Assembly (NCBI RefSeq): GCF_052425735.1
Contig: NC_135766.1
Span: 11,532,001-11,596,000, forward strand
DNA from: Oculina patagonica
Taxonomy: Eukaryota
Direction of reading: 5' to 3'
DNA: 64,000 nt
Shown in pieces: positions 13,150 through 24,066 of this stretch. The notes beneath the pieces are model-generated. The model worked only from the letters and a program-made list of their open reading frames with translations. It had not been told where the DNA came from and did no database searches. The stretch's first letter is position 1, and each line of letters starts with the position of its first letter. The position numbers were made by a program, and so were the translations under genes.

Positions 13150-14622
13150 TTACAGCTCCTTGCAAAGTTCCACGATGACTGCGGAATCCAAATAAATCTT
13201 ATCTACGCCACAATCTTCAATTTCGTTGCCGACCCACGAGCCTTCTCCTTTATTATTACGCACCGGTTCAAGATGGGCATTCTCTGTCGGCTTTCTGTAA
13301 ATTTCAATAAAGGGGATACCAACGCGCCATTGACGAAATCCTCTTTGTAAGTATCCCCTTGAACGATCACCAGAGACCAACCACGGAGGCTTGGAAGACT
13401 TTGAAGTGACGTGGAATTCGTAGATTTCGTGAGTCTCTTCATAATCTAAGTCGGCATCATCCTCATAAACTAAAAGGATCGCGGCAGTCTGATACCTTGA
13501 CAGTACACTCTTTAACTCACACTTCCACTGCTGATCAACTAAGAAGTCGAACAATGTTTTGTCTTCTCCTTTAAGCAAATGTGCCTGCAGACCCTTTGAG
13601 ATGTACTTGTGTTTTAAAAGAAATCCAACCTTGAAAGGTGAACTACTCCTTTGCCTTTGAATCTTCTCAAGCTCAACGTTCACATTAGCAAGAGCTTTCG
13701 AGGCTAAAGAAGGACTTTCTACGCTGCATTCAAAATGCTCCTGCGCAGAAACAGGGTCTTCGGGCACACGGCTGCTATTAATAAGGGGATAGCTTGGTGA
13801 CCATTGTGAAGTGATAATGTTGTAAGTGATGGTAACTCTGTGTCCTTCAAGGACAGGCTTGACTTCATGAATGCAGTCGCTGTAAAATGCGGCCCACTGA
13901 ATTCTGCTCGTGTCTCCAGAGTGCTGTGAAAAGTCGAAGACGTGCTGCAAGCCGTCATGGTTAACAAGCAACTCACCGCCTTTGTGAGGTGAAGGAAGAC
14001 AAACGACCAGAGTTCCTATCATGTTGTGATCAGATGGATTGTCGACGTGCCGTTTGAAAAACCCTCCTTCGCCGTAAACGTTGACTTTATAGGGAACCAG
14101 CTCTATATACCTGCCAGGAGTAAGTTTATCCTCGATGTGTGCTTCAATCGATATTTCTCCAGGATATCTGTGTATTTTGAACCTTGCTGATTCGATTTCG
14201 TAGGCCAGACGAACCTCAGGATCAAGCACTGTTTTCATTTCTTTTATGTCGCCAAACGGTGCTGGATTGCAGTGCTTCAGCAACTCGTCCAAAGGAATAT
14301 TTGGAAAACTGAATTCTTCCCAGTGATCTTTGTCTTCTTCTGAATTTGTTGGCTTCACTTTTAATATGCACTTCTCCATATCTGATGGCCGTAAACTTCC
14401 CCCACAGCAAAACACGGGTTGGGATAAAGCATGCTCGAGACTATCGATAAGTGGATCGTAAATTTTGATCTCTTCTTTGAAACGATACGTTTTTTTGATA
14501 TGATGACTGTTGACTACATAGCCCAATGGAGGACTGTGGACCGAGTTTTCTACGGCTTGCTCGTATTCAAGGGGTCCATGGTCGGTTTCCTTTGGCCGCT
14601 GTTTAGCAAAAGCTTCAGCCAT
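13150..14622 (-). CDS. Intronless 2OG-Fe(II) dioxygenase domain protein, 490 aa (copy 2, intact)
   Basis: Single ATG-to-stop ORF. YKVNVYGEGGFFKRHVD...GTLVVCLPSPHKGGELLV...AAFYSDCIHEVKPVLEGHRVTITYNI gives the HxD...H facial triad plus the 2OG-binding Arg. Confidence 0.9.
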   Translation of the reverse strand: MAEAFAKQRPKETDHGPLEYEQAVENSVHSPPLGYVVNSHHIKKTYRFKEEIKIYDPLIDSLEHALSQPVFCCGGSLRPSDMEKCILKVKPTNSEEDKDHWEEFSFPNIPLDELLKHCNPAPFGDIKEMKTVLDPEVRLAYEIESARFKIHRYPGEISIEAHIEDKLTPGRYIELVPYKVNVYGEGGFFKRHVDNPSDHNMIGTLVVCLPSPHKGGELLVNHDGLQHVFDFSQHSGDTSRIQWAAFYSDCIHEVKPVLEGHRVTITYNIITSQWSPSYPLINSSRVPEDPVSAQEHFECSVESPSLASKALANVNVELEKIQRQRSSSPFKVGFLLKHKYISKGLQAHLLKGEDKTLFDFLVDQQWKCELKSVLSRYQTAAILLVYEDDADLDYEETHEIYEFHVTSKSSKPPWLVSGDRSRGYLQRGFRQWRVGIPFIEIYRKPTENAHLEPVRNNKGEGSWVGNEIEDCGVDKIYLDSAVIVELCKEL

Positions 14623-14681
14623 TTTCGAATTTGAGTTTGCAACAACTAAACCTCTTTGTTAATGGTTTACAAAAGGGGTTA

Positions 14682-15178
14682 TGTATCAGTCAAATCGAAG
14701 GTTCAACATCCCCCCCCGGGCATACCCCGGGCATTTGACGCCTTTATCGTCCCTGGGGGTGGGGAACTTGATCACTACACATATGGGGTTGGGAATTTGA
14801 ACTCTAACCTCGATTTCGTACTACGTGTCCCAGTGAGTGAACGTGGGTTGATAAATCATGGCGAAGGCCGAAATAAGGTCCAAAATGACGAGTTAAAGGA
14901 TTCATAAAGAAAAGATTGCCACTTTGTGACAACTTGGATAAAAAGCGAAGGGTTACAAAGGCTTTTTCCTGTATTTTAGACTTGTCTGCAGACTTGGCGC
15001 GTGAATTAATTCTCGAAAAAAGGCATTTTTAATGACGTGAAATGGATCTATGGTGGGGCATTTGAACGGCTTTTTGGCCCTGGAAGGGGGGAATTTGAAC
15101 ACAAATTTTTCAAAAATTCAAATGCCCGGGGTGTTGCCCGGGGGGGGGGGATGTTGAACCTTCGATTTGACTGGTACA
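14682..15178. mobile_element. PIF/Harbinger-like MITE about 60 bp upstream of the copy-2 start codon
   Basis: TIR tgtatcagtcaaatcgaaggttcaacatccccc / gggatgttgaaccttcgatttgactggtaca; TTA TSD at 14679-14681 and 15179-15181; empty site near 11402. Confidence 0.9.
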
Positions 15179-15219
15179 TTACTTCTGATTGACAGATAAA
15201 CTCGCGTCCCTATTCATTC

Positions 15220-15971
15220 TTGACGCAAAGTAGCGTCACGCGATTCTACTAGCCAATCAGGTGTAGCTGGGAATTCTTAGAAAATAGGTACATTGCATCC
15301 GCCGGAAATAGCTACCAATTCCAAGAAAGGACGAACCTTGTTTATGCCGGATGAACAAGGACTGTGCCAAAAACAAACAACTAACCATGGCTTCTGTTTG
15401 CAAAGTCTACGACCGTCTATGTTTCACGTTATGCGTCAGATTGCCATTGCATTTTGATTGTTGTTATCGTCATTTTTTGGATTTTTGATTTGTAAATGCA
15501 TCCACAAGAGAAATAAAACAATTTACGTTTTAAATGTAAGATAGCTGTGCGTTGATACGAAGATTCGTTACGAAATCATGCTCTAAAATGATTATTGAAG
15601 GAGTTTGACTGTTTGGAGTTGTCATTCGATAACATCTCCGTTTTTGGTCGACTTCAATCTTGGAATTTTACGTTAGCATTATGCCTGATCCATGTTTAGT
15701 ACGTTACTTGTATTATCTATTAAGGCCCTTTATGTCTGTAAACATCAGGTTTGAGATTCTTAATATACACACACGTTTTTTCATTTATTTTCTTTAATTT
15801 AATATTATGTATTTTTCCGTGTTTCGGAATGTTCCATCTTCCTGGTTTTATCGACGGCCGAAATTTAATGCAATTTTCGTTTCATTGCTTGCGTGATTGA
15901 CAGTTTCTTTGTTCTCTGGTTACCTGCATGACAACAGATGTTTCTCGGAATTTGCATTCAACTTCTCGGAA
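15220..15971 (-). promoter_or_regulatory. Putative promoter of the oxygenase: inverted TGACGC pair, CCAAT box and four GAS-like TTCNNNGAA sites
   Basis: tgacgcaaagtagcgtca, agccaatcag, TTCTTAGAA 15274, TTCCAAGAA 15319, TTCTCGGAA 15942 and 15963. The same four sites occur upstream of copy 1. Confidence 0.35.
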
Positions 15972-16078
15972 ACTATAGCAGAAAATTCTTTTTTCGAAAT
16001 TTTAAAATCCTGCTTGTAATCCAAACTTGGAAAATTAATAATCAACTGGTAACACAGGATTTTGTGCTACCTCATTCA

Positions 16079-17839
16079 TACGGTGTACGATGAGTATCAT
16101 GCGTTAAAATCTTGAAAAGGTACATGAAATCTTGAAAAAATACATAAAATCTTGAAAAGTGACATGAAATCTTGAAAAACACGAAAAAATCTTGAAAACA
16201 AAGTGAAAAATCTTGAAAAACGCGAAAAAATCTTGTAAAACGCGAAAAAATCTTGAAAACGCGAAAAAATCTTGAAAAACGCGAAAAAATCTTGAAAACG
16301 CGAAAAAAATCTTGAAAAACGCTAAAAAATCTTGAAAAACGCAAAAAATCTTGACAATGCGAAAACAATCTTGAAAAACGCGAAAAAATCTTGAAAAACG
16401 GTAAAAAGTCTTGAAAAACGCAAAAAAATCTTGGAAAACGCGAAAAAAATCTTGAAAACGCGAAAAAGCTTGAAGATTAATAAAGGTGAAATGAGATATT
16501 GATCTCACGTGAGACAACGTGCTTGCATGTTGAATACATGTCTGTTAGGCCAAACACTACTCCCTTTGAGCTGTTTCGGTAAAAGTATTGGTTGAGATTT
16601 GCGTTTTGGAACTCAACTAACTGCCTCCATTTTTTTATTCGTTTTGTCTCGTTACTTGCATCCAACAAATAAATTTTATTACAGTTTGATTACTGGATTT
16701 GAAGTCTCCAGGATGCGGTAACGATGATCTCTTCTGGCAATTTTTTTATTCTTAAGCAAGACTCGAGTTTCGGTTCTTCAGTGGAACTCATCAGTTGCTC
16801 CTAAAGTCTCGTCCAATTATTTGAAATCATTCGATTTGCCGTTTTTGTACAAATCTCAACACCCAAGCTAAGGGGAGCTTGAAAAACTGAAATAACTCAC
16901 AATGCTTTGAGACTGCATTACCCTTGAAAGGACTCGGATCTTAGATCTTCGCATCCGTTGAAAAGACACAATCCTGCGAGCTGACCGCACGCTTATGATA
17001 AACAAAATCATTGTTCGAGATAGTCTGCAGAACAGGCGGTTTTTATATTTTTCATTCGCGCTTCGCGCTCGCCCTCGCGTGACCCGCTAAATAATAACCT
17101 AGCACTTCGCGCCTCGACCCGCAAAATAAACCGCCTGTTCTGCAGGCTATGTTCGAGAGGTCTACTGATCCGATACACGTTCCAGACAGTGAGACAACAA
17201 TATTCTTTTAAAGGACTGATAAACGACTTTTAGCTTAACATGCCACAGAACAAGCAAACAAAATGGCATTAATATTTTTACTGAAACAGCTCTAGAGATC
17301 TAGAGAACGTAAAATCCATAATTAAACAGACTGAAGGTTAACTTTAAGCGGCCAACGGGAGTCGTGTTTGGCCTAACAGACATGTATTCAACAAGCACGT
17401 CGTGTCACGTGAGATCAAGATCTCATTTGACCTTTTCATGATAATTTTCAAGCTTCCAGCGTTTATATCAAGATTTTCGCGTGATTTTCAAGATTGTTTG
17501 GCGTTTTTCAAGTTTTCTCGCGTTTTTCAAGATTTTTTCGCGTTTTTCAAGATTTTTTTACGTTTTCAAGATTTTTTCGCGTTTTCAAGATTTTTCGTGT
17601 TTTTCAAGATTTTTCGCGTTTTCAAGATTTTTTTCGCGTTTTCAAGATTTTTTCGCGTTTTTCAAGATTTTTTCGCGTTTTTCAAGATTCTTCACTTTGT
17701 TTTCAAGATTTTTTCGTGTTTTTCAAGATTTCATGTCACTTTTCAAGATTTTATGTATTTTTTCAAGATTTCATGTAACTTTTCAAGATTTTATGTATTT
17801 TTTCAAGATTTTAACGCATGATACTCATCGTACACCGTA
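16079..17839. mobile_element. Foldback-type non-autonomous transposon: ~490-bp TIRs containing ~20-bp tandem minisatellite arrays, 6-bp TSD
   Basis: Termini tacggtgtacgatgagtatcatgcg / cgcatgatactcatcgtacaccgta; (aaaatcttgaaaaacgcgaa)n on the left arm and its complement on the right; TSD cattca at 16073-16078 and 17840-17845; empty site near 12735. Confidence 0.9.
17021..17149. mobile_element. Palindromic MITE, TAG...CTA termini, 9-bp TSD (Academ-like), nested in the foldback element
   Basis: tagtctgcagaacaggcgg / ccgcctgttctgcaggcta; TSD tgttcgaga at 17012-17020 and 17150-17158. Confidence 0.85.
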
Positions 17840-18256
17840 CATTCATTTATAATAATGATACTTGAATAATTCTGCGCGGTCGTCCAGTTTGCAATCGTAT
17901 ATTATACAGACATAATCAGATTCCATAACAGACAACTGCGTGTTTGCACCAAATTATTAGTCTTAAAGTAAAAATAACATCGTTTAGTATACTACTATCT
18001 ACGGATCCTAGCTGTCATTGTATAATTAAAACATGGCCATGGTTTTTACGGCAAACAGTAAATGCATATTGTTAGCACAAAAAGATACAAGCTTAAATTA
18101 AAAGTACTTTTGATAGGACAACATGAAATATCGACTATCGCAATGATTCGAGCGTGTTCTTCTTTGTAAAAACACAACATAAAGTTAAGCATAAGCTTGA
18201 AAAGAACGTGTTTTCTTGTTGGACATACTGATTAATGCGATAGTAAAAGTCAACGT

Positions 18257-19586
18257 TTACAGCTCCTTGCAAAGTTCCACGATGACTGCGGAATCCAAAT
18301 AAATCTTGTCTACGCCACAATCTTCAATTTGGTTGCCGACCCACGAGCCTTCTCCTTTATAATCACGCACTGGTTCAAGTTGGACATTCTCTGTCGGCTT
18401 TCTGTAAATTTCAATAAAGGGGATACCAACGCGCCATTGACGAAAACCATGGTGTATCCATCCCCTCGAACGATCACCAGAGACCAACCAAGGAGGCTTG
18501 GAAGACTTTGAACTGACGTTGAATTCATAGATTTCGTGAGTCTCCTCATAATCCAAGTCCTCTCCCAAAAGGATCGCGGCAGTCTGATACCTTGTCAGTA
18601 CACTCTTTAACTCACATTTCCACTGCTTATCAACTAAGAAGTCGAACAATGTTTTGTCTTCTCCTTTAAGTAAATGTGGCTGGAGACCCTTTGAGATGTA
18701 CTTGTGTTTTAAAAGAAATCCAACCTTGAAAGGTGAACTTCTCCTTTGCCTTTGAATCTTCTCAAGCTCGACGTTCACATTAGCAAGAGCTTTCGAGGCT
18801 AAAGAGGGACTTTCTACGCTGCATTCAAAATGCTCCTGCACAGAAACAGGGTCTTCGGGCACACGGCTGCTATTAATAAGGGGATAGCATGGTGAGCATT
18901 GTGAAGTGATAATGTTGTAAGTGATGGTAACTCTGTGTCCTTCAAGGACAGGCTTGACTTCGTGAATGCAGTCGCTGTAAAATGCAGCCCACTGAATTCT
19001 GCTCGTGTCGTCAGAGTGCTGTGAAAAGTCGAAGACGTGTTGCAAGCCGTCATGATTAACGAGCAACTCACCGCCTTTGTGGGATGAAGGAAGGCAAACC
19101 AGTGGCGGATCGATATCCAAACCTTGAACTAAGGAGGGCCCCTTTTTGCCTGTGTACACTCAATACATTTTTGGCGGGGGAGTCACTAACAAAACTCTTT
19201 TACCAAAAATAAGGAGGGGGCCCGGGTCCCCCGAGCCCCGCCCTTAGGTCCGCCACTGCAAACGGCCAGAGTTCCTAACACGTGTTGCAAGCCGTCATGG
19301 TTAACGAGCAACTCACCGCCTTTGTGGGATGAAGGAAGGCAAACCAGTGGCGGATCGATATCCAAACCTTGAACTAAGGAGGGCCCCTTTTTGCCTGTGT
19401 ACACTCAATACATTTTTGGCGGGGGAGTCACTAACAAAACTCTTTTACCAAAAATAAGGAGGGGGCCCGGGTCCCCCGAGCCCCGCCCTTAGGTCCGCCA
19501 CTGCAAACGACCAGAGTTCCTATCATGTCGTGATCAGATGGATTGTCCACGTGCGGTTTGAAAAATCCTCCTTCGCCGTAAACGTT
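18257..19586 (-). pseudogene. 2OG-Fe(II) dioxygenase copy 3 (5'-truncated, MITE-disrupted, internal duplication)
   Basis: The 3' part is nearly identical to copy 2. A MITE sits in the LVVC codons, 19035-19277 is duplicated at 19280-19522, and homology stops near 19586. Confidence 0.88.
19100..19258. mobile_element. 159-bp MITE with CAGTGGCGGA termini and 5-bp TSD (hAT5-like); second copy at 19345-19503 arose by tandem duplication
   Basis: TSD caaac on both sides; empty site in copies 1 and 2. Confidence 0.88.
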
Positions 19587-19854
19587 TAATTATGAACTCT
19601 CTACCAAGTCTGTCACTGTGCCCCTGACAATACAAGTAACTGTTGAAAATAAGACAAAGTGAAGGCTTTTTATTAGACAGAGTCTGATTCGATGACAATA
19701 CACGGCCATAGCTAATTACAGGGCAACCCAGGCACTTGCTTCGGTAAAAATTTGGAACTTGTTTATTCTTTAGGTTTTTGTAAGAGGCTATGCATTAGAA
19801 AAACAGTAGAACCTCTATTAAGCGGCCATCCTCGGGAAAATGGCAACTGGCCGC

Positions 19855-19923
19855 CGACCGGTTAGCTCAGTTGGTACAGCGCCGGACTACCGTGCGGGAG
19901 GTCTCGGGTTCGAGTCCCAGACT

Positions 19924-19960
<37 letters not shown>

Positions 19961-21207
19961 CATGCTGCCTTTGCAATAACATCTGCAAATGGTTAGATAT
20001 TCTAGTCTTCTCGGATAAGGTGGATAAACCGTAGGCCCCGTCTCCTGCATCTTCAGTGTCACGGTCAGCAGGGGACGTAAAAGAACCCGCACACTTATCG
20101 TAAAGAGTAGGGCAGGGGCGGATCCAAGGGGGGGGGGGTGGATTGGGTGGCTAGCCACCCCCCTTGATCCACCAGAAAAATGAAAATAAACACATTAAAA
20201 AAGTAAATAAGGACAATGAAACTGGGTAAGGTGAAAAAAGTGTTAACATGTTTAGCTTAAGTAAATTTGAAATATTTGTTTACATCCACCTTCCTTAGCC
20301 AGGCGGCCGTTCAAAGTTAAGGACGGCCACTTTTCCGAAAAAGAAGATTTTCGACAGCCTGTTTTACGAATTTTCTGTGCTTAATGTAACAAAACATGTG
20401 TGTATAATTTAACATTCCTTTTAGCTTTCAAGAGTTGTTTTAGCCTTGCTGGCATGATTTTCTTCTCCATTTAAATATTTTTAGCGAGTTTTCTTACCAT
20501 TTGCTTCGCATCGACGCGATTTCACAAGCAAAGCCGCTGTTCTTAAACTGGAAAACATTGACTCACCCAGTTGTCCCCAGGCCACTTTGCCAAGGGCTAA
20601 AAATTTCCACACACGTGGGTGAGCAAAACAACGCATATCTGTTCTTTCGTGTAAGTTCGTGGCTTGTCAACATTTCAATCACTGTTCATAAGAACTAGAG
20701 TTTCTGTCCCAAATATAATTCAAGGTAAGTTGAGAAAAGAATAGTTTTGCCAAGTTATCAAGGAAAAACAGCGATTTAATAAGTTAACTGAAAGCTGTTT
20801 AAAGCTGCTCAGAATCGCGGAAATCACGTCTAAGAGGCTTCAACTTTTCAGACTTTTCCGAGAGGGGACGCCCCCAGACCCCCCTAGGGGGATGGAGCCT
20901 ACGGTCCCATGAAGTATTGGCCTCAGATCCAAAAAATTTGAACTCCCACTTTCAAAATCCTGTATCAAAGCCTGATATCCCTCCCCCGATAAAAAAACTG
21001 GAGCTAAAACAAGATAGTAAACAAAAAATTTTGGTAAACAGCCACCCCCCGTTGAAAAATCCTGGATCCGCCCCTGTAGGGCATGGAGTTCCCGGTGTTG
21101 TGGACTGGTCTTTCCCCATTGCAATGTTGTACTGTTGAAATGCTCGGAGATATTAGCTATATAAAGCTACTCTTCAAATCCGAGGGTAAAGAAAAGTGAT
21201 GTATGTA
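19855..21207 (+). mobile_element. tRNA-derived SINE, interrupted by the MITE at 20113-21076
   Basis: A box ttagctcagttgg, B box ggttcgagtcc, (atgt)n tail, TSD tggccgc at 19848-19854 and 21208-21214. Confidence 0.8.
20113..21076. mobile_element. MITE with CAGGGGCGGATCCA TIRs and 5-bp TSD (hAT5-like)
   Basis: TSD taggg at 20108-20112 and 21077-21081. Confidence 0.88.
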
Positions 21208-22305
21208 TGGCCGCTTAATAGAGATTGGGTTCGTCGGAACTTAGCATAAGGCCTTTTACTAAAGGTCGCGTTATTTCAATACAAAATAGCTTGAAAAGGA
21301 ATCACAGAATCACCTAAGACGACAATAATCCCGTATTTGAATGATTTTATCAGCCATCGCTTTCCTTTTTAGATTCTTGTCTTTCCGACCTTGTTGAAAA
21401 CAAGGCCAAACATTGTATATTACATTCTTGCTGCCGCTGAATAGGGGCAAAAACGCTTAACAGGGGTGGCCGTACCCGCGTTTAAAAGGGGTTTTATTTA
21501 CAGTATTATACTGACAAAAGATTCGGGACTTTAATAACTGGCCGCTTAATGGGTGGCCGCTTGATAGGGGTTCGACTGTACTTAAATATGAAAGAAGAGT
21601 TTTGTTTCTGATATTGCCTCGGTGAGAATTTTTGTATGGCTACGGCACTGCAGTGACACAAGGGCACTGGAGTACAGTTACACGAAAAAGCCTTACCTTT
21701 GAGGTGGGTCAAATTTTTTCGTACATTTTATTCATATTGCATGTACAACTCTCTTTCTTTGCAGGTAGTATCAGGGTCATTGACATGACAGTGATTGGTC
21801 TCTTTGGTTCAGCTTCAGAAGTAGGAACTTTAACAGGAACATTGTTATTATTGTAAATCAAGTCACTGGTCTGTACTATACACAGAGTTGAGGTCAAACT
21901 TCAAATGTGGCATTTATCAATCTTGGGGCAACACAGGACAAAGCAAAATAATTACTTGAGTGAAGTTTGGTTGATTTTTTTGAACATGTAACATGTCTTT
22001 TTTCGGCCCTTCAGAAAACATGCCTTTTTTGTGAGCTTAGCACTGTAATGTATATCAACTCCATCACGCAAGCTCAAGAACCACTGTACATGTAAAAAGA
22101 CTGTCAGAGATAAGTTCAGAAATTTGTAAGTTCCATACGCATGAGGACATGAAGGTTTAATACCGAATAATGATTAATTCCTGACATTTCCTTTTAGGGA
22201 AACAAATAAAGTGAGGTCTTATAAACTCAGCGGTCAGTTTTGCAGCTGTGTGCCAACCCTTGTGACCTTCAAATTAGCAACCTTTTCCTGTCACTACACT
22301 TTTTT

Positions 22306-22345
<40 letters not shown>

Positions 22346-22394
22346 GGGGGGGGGGGGGGAAGATCACAACTTTGGGGTAGCTTATGTTTGTATC

Positions 22395-22689
22395 AAAGGT
22401 AAAGTCTGTATACGAGCCAAGTGGCCCATCAGGCTGGAGCGTATCCCGGTTTCAGTAGCATGAAGCGACTAGGAGTATTTCTACTCCCCCCTGGATGGGA
22501 TGCTTGTCCATTGCAGCATTACTCCCCAGCACTAAATTCATCGGTACCTATTTATACACCTGGGTGCAGAGAGGCACTGTGAGAGTAAAGTGTCTTGCCC
22601 AAGAACACGATGCTATGTCCCGACCAGGGTTTTACCCAGACCACTTGATCTGGAGTCCACTGTGTTAACCACTAGGCCACTGCACCTCC
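22395..22689 (-). mobile_element. tRNA-derived SINE with CORE-like central domain
   Basis: The minus strand reads gtggcctagtggttaa...tcttgggcaagacactttactctcacagtgcctctctgcacccaggtgtataaat, a typical SINE2 head and core. Confidence 0.65.
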
Positions 22690-22699
22690 TGGCGGCCAG

Positions 22700-22839
22700 N
22701 NNNNNNNNNNNNNNNNNNNNNNNNNNNNNNNNNNNNNNNNNNNNNNNNNNNNNNNNNNNNNNNNNNNNNNNNNNNNNNNNNNNNNNNNNNNNNNNNNNNN
22801 NNNNNNNNNNNNNNNNNNNNNNNNNNNNNNNNNNNNNNN
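22700..22839. other. Assembly gap (140 N)
   Basis: Run of N characters. Confidence 1.
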
Positions 22840-23997
22840 AAGAATTACAATGATTTGACTATTCGAATAAGAACTTTATATATAAACATATTATTTACAT
22901 AATAATAAAAACAGTGTCTTTAAGAATGTAGAAAAATAGTAAAAGCGACTTCGAGAGCAATAATAAAAGAAGAACTATATATTAAAAAAAAAATATTCGA
23001 TCTAGATTGCAGTACGAGAATTCTCTACTTGAAAGTCCATGTCATAAATGTCAATGTTCCTGTTTCTCTTTACAGTTCTTGATCCCCTTAGGCAGATTAA
23101 GGCGGATCGGAGGATCGCAAATGAGACTTTTGATCTGATCCAAGACACCGTTGTTGCGTAATCCTCCCCTTTCTTTGCGGCGATTAATTCTGCAAGCCTA
23201 CTGTGATACCTCTTGCACCCCTCGCCCATTCCTCCGGTGGATGTAAACACCAATGGAGTGAAAGTTCCCTGTTCTACTTGAAGAACCCTGTCTGCGTAAG
23301 CCCTCTTCTTCTCATTCTCATGGTTACGGTATATCTGCTTGAGGGTTTGGTCCTTGTAGGAATCCGCGTTGGGGTGACACACCCTCACATCAAAGAACGC
23401 GGATCTCTGCTTCTCCCAAAACCCCCGGGCATGTATATCTAGGCGAGTATCTGGCGTTGTGTTAGCGCCGCTTGGTAGCCTCTCTCCAGTCAGTTCTTGA
23501 AGGACGGGCTCTATTTCGACATCATTACAGACCATCTTAAGCAAGTCAGCCTCGAGGTCACGGAGTTCATTATGGCGCTGAATTATGAATCCGCCTCTCC
23601 TACAAATCATTGCATGATCGATTGTAAAGGCGTCACCGCACACGCACACTGTCGGCTTGTCGTCAATTTCCCAGTCGTACCTGAGCTTTACAGCATCTCG
23701 GAACTCGCCTTTATTCAGGTTGTAGCCCATGTCCTTTAGTGGGAGGACCGTGAGCCAGTTAGAAGCACCTTTCTCGGTTGCGAGATCAATGGCTCGTTGT
23801 GTCTTCTGAGGTAGAGACTCCCTGACATTGCCAAGCCTAGTCTGAAGCGCTTCGTTGGTTTCTCTTCGCACGCACTGCTGTAGTGTCTTGACAGCAGTAT
23901 CAGCCGGTGTTTCATGATCCTGTGCGATTATTTTCTCGACCAGGGGCGCTGTGATCTTGGTTGACACCTTGAATTGGGACGCTGCATCCTGGCTTGG

Positions 23998-23999
<2 letters not shown>
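22840..23999 (-). mobile_element. 5'-truncated CRE-like non-LTR retrotransposon (zinc finger plus restriction-like endonuclease C-terminus)
   Basis: ORF 23002-24000: [13 protein letters not shown]...HAMIC, RHNELRD, RLDI...FFDVRV...[22 protein letters not shown]. The 5' junction abuts a (TAA)n tract. Confidence 0.75.

Positions 24000-24066
<67 letters not shown>
23999..24066. repeat. (TAA)n microsatellite; similar tracts at 1592-1638 and 47475-47530
   Basis: Direct reading. Confidence 0.95.

Larger units (their letters stand above)
19804..21578. mobile_element. Tc1/mariner-pogo-like MITE hosting a nested SINE and MITE
   Basis: cagtagaacctctattaagcggcca ... tggccgcttgataggggttcgactg-ta; repeated ggccgcttaa motifs. 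Confidence 0.65.

Noticed and set aside
16072-17852. Phe-rich ORFs, or a CRISPR-like array
   Set aside because: These are translations of a ~20-bp minisatellite inside TIRs; there are no unique spacers and no cas genes, and the DNA is eukaryotic.
18257-19159. 300-aa ORF as an intact gene
   Set aside because: Its N-terminus (MYTGKKGPSLVQGLDIDPP) is MITE sequence and the HxD motif is excluded.
19855-19930. tRNA gene
   Set aside because: The A and B boxes continue into a SINE body with a tail and TSD, so this is a SINE head.
21697-21870. Downstream exon of GT paralog A
   Set aside because: Splice-like signals flank it, but the phase-1 frame needed after 27650 stops at once and the phase-0 frame stops before the donor.
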